From: a virus | Lineage: Duplodnaviria > Caudoviricetes | IMG/VR virus record: IMGVR_UViG_3300001580_000006 | Span: 64,001 to 128,000 of that record | Length of the DNA stretch: 64,000 nucleotides | Strand: one strand, 5' to 3' | Shown here: positions 21,203-28,174 of the stretch, piece by piece | Numbering within the stretch: the first letter of the stretch is position 1 | How the letters are laid out: each line of letters opens with the position of its first letter | Translations under genes and position numbers: made by a program | Notes under the pieces: model-generated | The model's input: the letters and a program-made list of their open reading frames with translations, nothing else | Told to the model about the DNA's origin: nothing | Database searches by the model: none

Positions 21203-22351
21203 ATGATTATTCGCTTAGCCGACTTCCTCGCTCCATTTCGCGGTAGCATAAAACACGATGAAATATCTAGACTGTCCAAGGCAGCCGCTGAAGATGTCGC
21301 TGATCTATATACCGAACAGCTTAGTATAAATGAGCGTATAGTTAATGAGCTTAGGGCCGTCAATGCAGAGAACGCAGGCCTTACATCTCTTGTAAATAGT
21401 CTTACATCCAGTATTAACGCCATGTCCATTGAGTATACAGCCGCCGCGGCTGCTGGCGTAGCACACTATAAGCTGATACACGATCCAGCTGTGCACTCCA
21501 TAACTACCACTAATACTGATCGTTCCCCGCTTTATGGTCAGGTGGTTCTAGTAGAGAACTCCGGCACCATTAATAGAATACCATACTATACAGATGACAG
21601 AGGGATTAGACGCGCATCAACCAGCGTGGTGGTGTCTGTAGTAGACGGTAATGACAGCCCAGTGACTCTAGCTGGGGACCCTAAAAATGCTATGGTAGAT
21701 GATCCCAAACAGTATTGGCTAGAGCCAAACCCAATCTCTACCAGCAAGTATAAAGTTACGGTTGAAGTGCCAACTGTTCGTGGTATAGGCGCTAACATGG
21801 TATCCTTCTGCCCGATACCGGCCGCAGGTACAATATGCGAGAACATAGAATATAGATCTACCTCAGGACTGTGGGTATCTATAGGCGCCCCATCGACTTA
21901 TGGAGCACAAAGGGTATATTTCTATGCCCCAGATTTTGGCGATGCAGTTAGATTATCATTCGACACCGGCTCTGGAGAGCATCTTGTTGGTCTATACAAC
22001 CTTAGCATTAAGCAGGTTGCTTATAACTCTACCGGATCGTTCTACTTTAGGCTGCCTAGCACTGGCGCACACGATGCTAGAATAGCTACAAGCTTCGAAG
22101 TAGATTATGATTTGGTAGGGCTAGATCGAACTTATAGGCCTGAGGAGTTTGTAGACTTTAAGCTATATGCCGGCAATGCGTCTGCTCCACTGAGCCCACT
22201 AGACGTACCAGTAGGACTTACGCAGGATATGCCATCGATTGAACTATCTAGTGGCGATCCTGTTTCATACTTGTGGCTTAAGGCTACCTTTAATAACTAC
22301 AACGGAGTCACACCAGTCTATCGTGGCTGCCTGGTGACATATCTAAAATAA
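21203..22351 (+). CDS. Putative virion protein, paralog family
   Basis: 382 aa; FRGSIKHDEI...EDVADLY followed by a coiled coil. Confidence 0.5.
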   Translation: MIIRLADFLAPFRGSIKHDEISRLSKAAAEDVADLYTEQLSINERIVNELRAVNAENAGLTSLVNSLTSSINAMSIEYTAAAAAGVAHYKLIHDPAVHSITTTNTDRSPLYGQVVLVENSGTINRIPYYTDDRGIRRASTSVVVSVVDGNDSPVTLAGDPKNAMVDDPKQYWLEPNPISTSKYKVTVEVPTVRGIGANMVSFCPIPAAGTICENIEYRSTSGLWVSIGAPSTYGAQRVYFYAPDFGDAVRLSFDTGSGEHLVGLYNLSIKQVAYNSTGSFYFRLPSTGAHDARIATSFEVDYDLVGLDRTYRPEEFVDFKLYAGNASAPLSPLDVPVGLTQDMPSIELSSGDPVSYLWLKATFNNYNGVTPVYRGCLVTYLK

Positions 22352-23187
22352 TGGAGGAGAGAATGAAAACAACCCTTTCACTTATTGGAGCAGCAGGTGC
22401 TGGCTTCCTTATTGCGTTCCTAATATGGGGTGTGTTCTTGCGGGTTAATATCCCAACAACCAGCACGGCCGGAACAAGCAGCCCACTTGGCGGCACCACT
22501 GATACTGGCACAACCATCGTCAATGTTCCACCCGAAATAGACCAACTCAAGGTAGATAATAGGAAGCTTAAGGCTAGCTATGACAAGCTTAAGGAAGAGC
22601 TAAACAACGCCAAATTCCTATTGGATCTGACGCAGCAGGCCAATATGGAGCTGGATGAGGCTTATGCTAAACTGATATCTGATACTACGTTGACCAACCA
22701 AGAGCGCGCAAAACGGCTAAAAGTAGTACAAGATAGCCTGGCAGTTGTTAGAGAGAGCGGTAAAGTGCTAGCTAATATGATTGGCAAGCTGCAGTCAGAT
22801 CTACTGAACTTAAGCACCATGGAGCTGTCGTTCGTATACCCCAGCTATATGTTTAAGCTACGCCCAGGAGTAGCTGTTGGCCTCGGGTACGGTGATCCAC
22901 GTACGTGGTCTGGTGTGTCTGAAGCTACGCCAAACAGGCTATATACTGATGCCCTGCTAAGATGCCAATTCTTTACCGCCTTTACTCCGATTGGTATATA
23001 TACCCTGGCTGCGGAGCAGAGCATTATACGCCCTAAGGCCGGCCTAACCATGGGTCGATACATCAATGATGTCTACGGTGGATTCCGTAATGTGCAAATA
23101 GAGATTGGTGTGACTAAGGACGAATATAACCTTCTACCAGTTAAGAACGGCATCAACGTAAAGACAGGAATAGCTGTTAACTTCTAA
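22351..23187 (+). CDS. Membrane-anchored coiled-coil protein, possibly lysis/spanin-like
   Basis: N-terminal hydrophobic helix, long coiled coil, amphipathic beta C-terminus ending in Phe; the true start may be the ATG at 22363 after GGAGGAG. Confidence 0.45.
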   Translation: MEERMKTTLSLIGAAGAGFLIAFLIWGVFLRVNIPTTSTAGTSSPLGGTTDTGTTIVNVPPEIDQLKVDNRKLKASYDKLKEELNNAKFLLDLTQQANMELDEAYAKLISDTTLTNQERAKRLKVVQDSLAVVRESGKVLANMIGKLQSDLLNLSTMELSFVYPSYMFKLRPGVAVGLGYGDPRTWSGVSEATPNRLYTDALLRCQFFTAFTPIGIYTLAAEQSIIRPKAGLTMGRYINDVYGGFRNVQIEIGVTKDEYNLLPVKNGINVKTGIAVNF

Positions 23188-23198
23188 TTTTAGACAGC

Positions 23199-23229
23199 AG
23201 AAAGCCCCCGATAATCTCGGGGGCTTTTT
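23199..23229. terminator. Rho-independent terminator between convergent gene blocks
   Basis: AAAGCCCCCGA-TAATC-TCGGGGGCTTT hairpin followed by a T-run on +, and by TTTCT on -. Confidence 0.9.
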
Positions 23230-23232
23230 ATT

Positions 23233-23320
23233 TGGTAGCGGAGGCGGGTCTTGATCCACTTATGTGCATTTGCAACCTTCAGGTTATGAACCTGACGAGA
23301 CACTTTTTCTCTACTCCGCG
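23233..23320 (-). tRNA. tRNA-Met(CAT), initiator-like, aberrant structure
   Basis: Acceptor CGCGGAG/CTCCGCT with C1:U72 mismatch, ACCA end, anticodon arm TCAGG-TTCATAA-CCTGA; 19-nt variable region and degenerate T-arm. Confidence 0.7.
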
Positions 23321-23324
23321 GTGT

Positions 23325-23408
23325 TGGTGCTGCCGGCTGGAATCGAACCAGCACACTTTTGGTACGAAGTTCTTAGCCTCGCGCGTCTTCCTGCTCCGCC
23401 ACGACAGC
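23325..23408 (-). tRNA. tRNA-Leu(AAG)
   Basis: Cloverleaf with long variable arm; anticodon arm CGAGG-CTAAGAA-CTTCG; GGTTCGATTCC; ACCA end. Confidence 0.85.
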
Positions 23409-23735
23409 ATTTAGCTTTTCCATTAACTTTGATGCAAAGCCAGGGCTTTTACCGTCCGTGGCACCTGCAACCCACTCATCATGATGCTTTATTGTTCTAA
23501 CTAGTTCTATAGTAAGGGCTTCCAGAAATTTTATATTCCACTCGTTTTCAAGCTGGTCTATTAATTGTCTTGCTGATTCTTCCTCAGAGCCCCACGGTTC
23601 GCGACGAAAGTCTCTTTCGTCGTAGGTCCAGCAGTCCTCCAGGTGATTTTTAGCCTTGAACACCCTTAGCAGCACTAGTGTATGCTCATTTATTGCTATT
23701 GGGGCTCTACATCGTTCTTCCTTAAGACTCTTCAT
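23373..23735 (-). CDS. Hypothetical protein
   Basis: 120 aa; its 3' end runs into tRNA-Leu(AAG). Confidence 0.55.
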   Translation of the reverse strand: MKSLKEERCRAPIAINEHTLVLLRVFKAKNHLEDCWTYDERDFRREPWGSEEESARQLIDQLENEWNIKFLEALTIELVRTIKHHDEWVAGATDGKSPGFASKLMEKLNAVVAEQEDARG

Positions 23736-24021
23736 GTATCTTTATAACTCTCCCAAATACTTTCTTTGTCCAGCCATTATTGTGGCCGTGGTTATTCCCT
23801 ATAAGCACTCCGCGGTTAGCATCACCAGCTTTCACTAAATGAGTATAAAAATTTCCTCGTACTCTGCAGTATACTATGTCGCCTGGCTCTACATCTTGCC
23901 AATTTACTGGTTGTAGAGTAACAGCCTGCCTAGACTTCAGTATTGGAGTCATAGAATTGCCAGGCTCTTTGGATATTATCGTTTCGCCATCTAATAGGCG
24001 TTGCATTTTACTTTTAAACAT
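23722..24021 (-). CDS. S24/S26 peptidase-like protein
   Basis: GNSMTP and PGDIV motifs; start moved to the ATG at 24021 because the longer ORF overlaps tRNA-Tyr. Confidence 0.7.
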   Translation of the reverse strand: MFKSKMQRLLDGETIISKEPGNSMTPILKSRQAVTLQPVNWQDVEPGDIVYCRVRGNFYTHLVKAGDANRGVLIGNNHGHNNGWTKKVFGRVIKIHEES

Positions 24022-24028
24022 ACTTCCT

Positions 24029-24114
24029 TGGTGCCAAGGAGAGGATTCGAACCTCTTCACCCATAGGGAACAGATTTACAGTCTGCCGCCGCTCTCCAAC
24101 TCGACCGCCTTGGC
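24029..24114 (-). tRNA. tRNA-Tyr(GTA)
   Basis: Anticodon arm GCAGA-CTGTAAA-TCTGT, long variable arm, GGTTCGAATCC, ACCA end. Confidence 0.9.
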
Positions 24115-24115
24115 G

Positions 24116-24191
24116 TGGTGGGCGATGAGGGCTTCGATCCCCCTACCTCCTCGGTGTAAACGAGGCGCTCTACCGATTGAGCTAATCGCCC
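24116..24191 (-). tRNA. tRNA-Val(TAC)
   Basis: Anticodon arm CCTCG-TTTACAC-CGAGG; canonical D-arm; T-loop ATCGAAG; ACCA end. Confidence 0.9.
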
Positions 24192-24196
24192 TTATT

Positions 24197-24823
24197 TTAC
24201 GCAGTATCAATAGCGTGGGAGGGTATACATGTTGACTCTACTCCGCAATATGCATAATACGGTGGCAGCCTAAACGACGTCTCCACAGTATTTTCATCTC
24301 CTTGGTTCGCCCTTACATCAAAATTTGGTGGTAGGAGGTGGTCGAAAGCTAGTCTTTCTGCTGCTCTATTTATACCTTCTTGGATAGTCATATCTAAGTA
24401 TTCGTTGACGTTTTCAGCTAGAACCACCTCTTGGTGTCTTGCCATTGCAGTGGCCACCATTTGGATCCACTGGTCCGTAATGTTATCAAACCAGGCAGCC
24501 TCTACCACAAACTCTGGTTTTAGCTGCAGCGGCACTTCCTGCACCTCTGGTAGGTTATCCGCAGTTGGGCGAAACTCTTCTATATCGTCGTTTATTCCAC
24601 ACTCTTTACAGGAATCCCATATAAGCGAGGCTGCCGACTTTACTTCCTCTGGCCACCCTGGTGGTAGGTCAACTTCCCAATCTCCATAGCCTAGAAAGGA
24701 GCAGTATCCGTTTTCTTGGTTTGGTCTTGTTTTGTCTATGCTATGGTACGGACAATGCCCATTCTCATCATAGCAGTAAATACCTTTTGGTATTACTGAG
24801 ATATCCTTATTCGATTCCGACAT
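24197..24823 (-). CDS. Hypothetical protein with Cys-rich N-terminal domain
   Basis: 208 aa; YCY...CPY...YC...CKECG. Confidence 0.6.
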   Translation of the reverse strand: MSESNKDISVIPKGIYCYDENGHCPYHSIDKTRPNQENGYCSFLGYGDWEVDLPPGWPEEVKSAASLIWDSCKECGINDDIEEFRPTADNLPEVQEVPLQLKPEFVVEAAWFDNITDQWIQMVATAMARHQEVVLAENVNEYLDMTIQEGINRAAERLAFDHLLPPNFDVRANQGDENTVETSFRLPPYYAYCGVESTCIPSHAIDTA

Positions 24824-25022
24824 CTAGTGGCTCCTTTGGTGGACGGCTGCATTTTGGGCAAACATCTGGGTTTAGTTTCCAGCGCATACGCCCTATCAAA
24901 GCTGTTAGCTCTCCATCAGCCCACACCGAGGCGGTACCAAATGTTTCTACTATGTTACATTTACTACAATGAAGGTCTATCCAGTATGGACTCCCTTCTA
25001 CGTGTTCTTTTCGTGTAAACAT
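24807..25022 (-). CDS. Small zinc-finger protein
   Basis: 71 aa with CSKC and CPKC. Confidence 0.55.
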   Translation of the reverse strand: MFTRKEHVEGSPYWIDLHCSKCNIVETFGTASVWADGELTALIGRMRWKLNPDVCPKCSRPPKEPLDVGIE

Positions 25023-25054
25023 TCTTTGGGCCGCTCTGCTATGTTACTACTTTA

Positions 25055-25130
25055 TGGTAGTCCGTCCTGGGATTGAACCAGGGACCACCAGCTTATAAGG
25101 TTGGTGCTCTACCAACTGAGCTAACGGACT
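25055..25130 (-). tRNA. tRNA-Ile(TAT)
   Basis: Canonical D-arm, anticodon loop CTTATAA, one A:C mismatch in the anticodon stem, GGTTCAATCCC, ACCA end. Confidence 0.85.
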
Positions 25131-25131
25131 G

Positions 25132-25210
25132 TGGCGCGCCTGCAGGGATTCAAACCCCGAAAACCTCTTGGTTCGTAGCCAAGTGCTCTATTCAGTTGAG
25201 CTACAGGCGC
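25132..25210 (-). tRNA. tRNA-Arg(ACG)
   Basis: Anticodon arm CTTGG-CTACGAA-CCAAG; GCCA end. Confidence 0.9.
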
Positions 25211-25211
25211 A

Positions 25212-25288
25212 TGGTGGGCAAAGACTGAATCGAACAGTCCACCTCGTCCTTATCAGAGACGCGCTCTAACCAACTGAGCTACTTGCCC
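25212..25288 (-). tRNA. tRNA-Ile(GAT)
   Basis: Anticodon arm CGTCT-CTGATAA-GGACG; TTCGATT loop; ACCA end. Confidence 0.9.
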
Positions 25289-25815
25289 GTTTTCGGAAAC
25301 TGACCGGTTATGTGGAAAGTGCGGTGGCAGTTTGGGCAAAGAACTATGCATTTATCAAGTTCGCCCTTAATAACAGACCATGATTTTGTTAGACTATTGC
25401 CAATAGCAAAGTCTTTCTCGTTTGGGTCGCGGTGATGGTACTCCATAATCCTATGCTCCCTATCAAATCCACACGATGCACAAATACAACCTGTATATTC
25501 AATAGCGCGGGCTCGCATCATATGCCTTGATTCATTGAGCCTACAGGTCGTACATTTGGTAGTACTAGACCCACGACGTAGAATATAATCTTTCTTACAA
25601 ACTATACATGTACAAATATCACCGTAGTGGTGTTTTAGTGGTCTACATTGGATACAATATGCCAGCCCTGCCTTAATACTTGCACCACAAATCCTGCATA
25701 CTCCGGTTGGGAGCATGTGTCTTCGGCCCGGTGTTTTATTATGACTGATTGCCGCACAGCTACGCGAGCAGAACTTCGGATTCTTTGTCTCTTTACCGCA
25801 AGTAGCGCACCTCAT
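25279..25815 (-). CDS. HNH endonuclease with N-terminal zinc fingers
   Basis: CATC...FCSRSC, several CxxC, EYHHRDP...KCIVLCPNCHRTFH; GGAG RBS. Confidence 0.9.
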   Translation of the reverse strand: MRCATCGKETKNPKFCSRSCAAISHNKTPGRRHMLPTGVCRICGASIKAGLAYCIQCRPLKHHYGDICTCIVCKKDYILRRGSSTTKCTTCRLNESRHMMRARAIEYTGCICASCGFDREHRIMEYHHRDPNEKDFAIGNSLTKSWSVIKGELDKCIVLCPNCHRTFHITGQFPKTGK

Positions 25816-25859
25816 AGTATCTCCAGTTTCGAACTTATTATGGTAGCGTTATTGTTATA

Positions 25860-25889
25860 ATTATAACACACCTTGTGGTTCGAAACCAA
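25860..25889 (-). promoter_or_regulatory. Extended -10 promoter for the HNH gene and downstream tRNAs
   Basis: TTGGTT-N18-TATAAT with TGTGT directly before the -10. Confidence 0.65.
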
Positions 25890-25901
25890 AATGCTCGCGA
25901 C

Positions 25902-26177
25902 CTATTTTAGCATTTTATTTTCTCTCAATACCTGGAATATTACCGTAGATAGTGCGGTTATCTGTGGGTGTTCCAATTTTAATTCTAGGTGGGAATTGAT
26001 AGCCTCCACTATCTCGTGCATCAACACAGACTCCTGGACTGACTGCGGCATACCAGTTGATAGCCTAATAACACTGTGCTTTGGATCCATAGTTCCTATG
26101 TTGTCGATGTCGCTTACATCTAAGTGGACGATTTTGAACGCGTGCCCCAAGATATTAATGCTTTTTGGAATCACCAT
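25902..26177 (-). CDS. Small zincin/ImmA-like protein
   Basis: 91 aa; VLMHEIVEAI, with the second His of HEXXH replaced by Glu. Confidence 0.55.
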   Translation of the reverse strand: MVIPKSINILGHAFKIVHLDVSDIDNIGTMDPKHSVIRLSTGMPQSVQESVLMHEIVEAINSHLELKLEHPQITALSTVIFQVLRENKMLK

Positions 26178-26190
26178 CTTGTCTCCTTAT

Positions 26191-26273
26191 TGGTGGTAGA
26201 GGGGGGAATTGAACCCCCACGGTTGCCCACTAGTTCCTAAGACTAGCGCGTCTGCCAGTTCCGCCACCCTACC
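26191..26273 (-). tRNA. tRNA-Leu(TAG)
   Basis: Anticodon arm CTAGT-CTTAGGA-ACTAG, variable arm, GGTTCAATTCC, ACCA end. Confidence 0.9.
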
Positions 26274-26275
26274 AA

Positions 26276-26413
26276 TTATTTAGAATCTATTTTCTTTGCG
26301 TATGACTGTAACGTGTCTACGGCTACCTTAGTTAGTGTAAAGGTATAAGTATCGGTAGTTGGGTCGTGCACAGCATAGGACAGCAGTAAGTCTATCATCT
26401 CTGTTGCTTGCAT
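26276..26413 (-). CDS. Small hypothetical protein (45 aa, not in the ORF track)
   Basis: MQATEMIDLLLSYAVHDPTTDTYTFTLTKVAVDTLQSYAKKIDSK; AGGAG upstream; fills the gap exactly. Confidence 0.55.
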   Translation of the reverse strand: MQATEMIDLLLSYAVHDPTTDTYTFTLTKVAVDTLQSYAKKIDSK

Positions 26414-26788
26414 TTATTGCTCCTTGTACCACTCTACTATTAATTCTGTTAGGACTGGTGGGAAGAACAGCTCGAACTCTATTTGATCTACGTCCCATGC
26501 TTGTATTGCTTTATAGATCATTATATATAAGTCCTGCCTCTTGTCCTCTATTAGTATATTGCTTAACCTATCTATCGAGCCACTTTTCCACTGCAACTCG
26601 TTAGCAACCAAAGATGCTATAAAGAACCCTATCGACGTACAATTAACTAGCACTGGTTGATATGTGTTTTCGTGCAGCAACCCTAGCAGGCCGGGCATCA
26701 AATCCCTATCTATATGGGCTTGTAGCTCTCGATACTTGTTTGGGTCGCCTTTGTAGGCTAGTACTGCGTCGTAGAATGAAGTATTCAT
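26414..26788 (-). CDS. Hypothetical protein
   Basis: 124 aa, GGAGG RBS, ATGA overlap. Confidence 0.6.
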   Translation of the reverse strand: MNTSFYDAVLAYKGDPNKYRELQAHIDRDLMPGLLGLLHENTYQPVLVNCTSIGFFIASLVANELQWKSGSIDRLSNILIEDKRQDLYIMIYKAIQAWDVDQIEFELFFPPVLTELIVEWYKEQ

Positions 26789-27420
26789 GTTGCCTCCGTG
26801 GCGTGAAAGCCTAGTTCCTTATGACAGTCCTTGCAGAGCGTTGTTCCGTTAGCTATATCCCACAACTCCTGGCAAGCTATGGCCTGTTCGACGGATTCGA
26901 CATTGTGTGCGCGAATGATTTTACTGAAGGCTTTCTTGTGGTGTGCGTGAAGATAGCCAGCCGCACCACACTTTCGACACTTAAAACCATCTCTTGCAAA
27001 TACAGACTGCCGCCAGACTTGGTATTCTTCAGTCTTAGCAACTGCTTTTCTAAGTCCGTGATTGGCCATAGTTATTCCACCTTGCCAGTTAGCGGCATCT
27101 TTTCCTCGTCGGCGCATCCACGGTGCTGGCCGGCCGCACATCGCCTTACTAATCTTTTTTCTGGTTGCAAGGGAGTGGCTACAACCGAGACTGTTTTTGT
27201 TGCCCATTAATGCTCGACGTATTCTATCTTTGGACTCCACAGTATGGTGTTTTCCCTTAGCAGCTGCATGAAGTTTGGCCCTACTTGCACTTGCAGCTGC
27301 ACTACTTTTGAGCACAATGCTTAGTTTCTTCCTAGTCTTTGCCGAAACCACATGGCCAATTTTTGCCATGCTAATCTTGGCCCTAGTTTCTGGAGACACG
27401 ATGCCCCCCTTTATTGGCAT
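26785..27420 (-). CDS. HNH homing endonuclease with NUMOD3-like repeats
   Basis: ETRAKIS and HTVESKDRIR repeats, NWQGG, RDGFKCRKC, LHAHH, NGTTLCKDCH; paralog of 18127..18660. Confidence 0.9.
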   Translation of the reverse strand: MPIKGGIVSPETRAKISMAKIGHVVSAKTRKKLSIVLKSSAAASASRAKLHAAAKGKHHTVESKDRIRRALMGNKNSLGCSHSLATRKKISKAMCGRPAPWMRRRGKDAANWQGGITMANHGLRKAVAKTEEYQVWRQSVFARDGFKCRKCGAAGYLHAHHKKAFSKIIRAHNVESVEQAIACQELWDIANGTTLCKDCHKELGFHATEAT

Positions 27421-27827
27421 TCCTGGCCCCTTGGTTTCTCAAACTCCAGGCTCTTCCAAGACATCTGTTCTCGGTTAATCGGTATTCCAAGTCGATGCGC
27501 CTCTCTCATTACCGTATGCAGTCTTTTCTCGTCTAGGAGGCCATTTCTATAGGCGGCGTCTACCAACATCTCCCACTGCTGTTCGTCAGTTACATACACT
27601 AAGTGAAGATCCATTTTATGCGAACTGGTATTATACTGCTGTAGAACTTCCTCGACATGAACCTTTCCATTAGTCGCATCTACCACAATAGCAAACACTT
27701 CTCCAGGAAAGCCGCCCATCTTTAATTCACCTAGCTTAAAGAAGTTGGTTCCGTGCACTCGTTCGATCTCCTTGCTCTTGAGCCCTATCTTGACTCCACG
27801 CAGTGCATTTGTAAGTTTTGGTTTCAT
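27411..27827 (-). CDS. Hypothetical protein
   Basis: 138 aa in a packed operon. Confidence 0.6.
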   Translation of the reverse strand: MKPKLTNALRGVKIGLKSKEIERVHGTNFFKLGELKMGGFPGEVFAIVVDATNGKVHVEEVLQQYNTSSHKMDLHLVYVTDEQQWEMLVDAAYRNGLLDEKRLHTVMREAHRLGIPINREQMSWKSLEFEKPRGQECQ

Positions 27828-28174
27828 TGCCTGTGCTCCCTATATGCTTGTTCCTTACGCTTGTAAATCCTTGCCTGGTCTTGGGTTAGCTCAGAGAACA
27901 TTATTATGGCCGTATCAGGTTTGTTGTTAAAACCCATGCTGCTCATAGTAGTGCTTCTGTTCTTTACACCGTACCCGACTAGAAACTGCCTACCGTTGGT
28001 ACCGTCTCGGACGACCTTGATGCCAAGATCGTCCGTTACCTTCCTCTTCATTATATCCTCTGGATCAGTGGCCTCGTATATTACTGGGTGAAGCGTGTCC
28101 TGCGTAGTATTAAGTTTTAGTAGCGTGCGCACAGGCCCAGGAATCTCAAGATGTAGATTTTTCGGTTTCAGCAT
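27824..28174 (-). CDS. Hypothetical protein
   Basis: 116 aa in a packed operon. Confidence 0.6.
   Translation of the reverse strand: MLKPKNLHLEIPGPVRTLLKLNTTQDTLHPVIYEATDPEDIMKRKVTDDLGIKVVRDGTNGRQFLVGYGVKNRSTTMSSMGFNNKPDTAIIMFSELTQDQARIYKRKEQAYREHRQ

Noticed and set aside
23232-23500. + strand ORFs 23232..23414 and 23264..23500
   Set aside because: They are antisense shadows of the tRNA-Met and tRNA-Leu genes
24022-24060. N-terminal extension MKRFESSPWHQGS of the peptidase-like ORF
   Set aside because: It lies in the T-arm and acceptor stem of tRNA-Tyr; the ATG at 24021 is the better start
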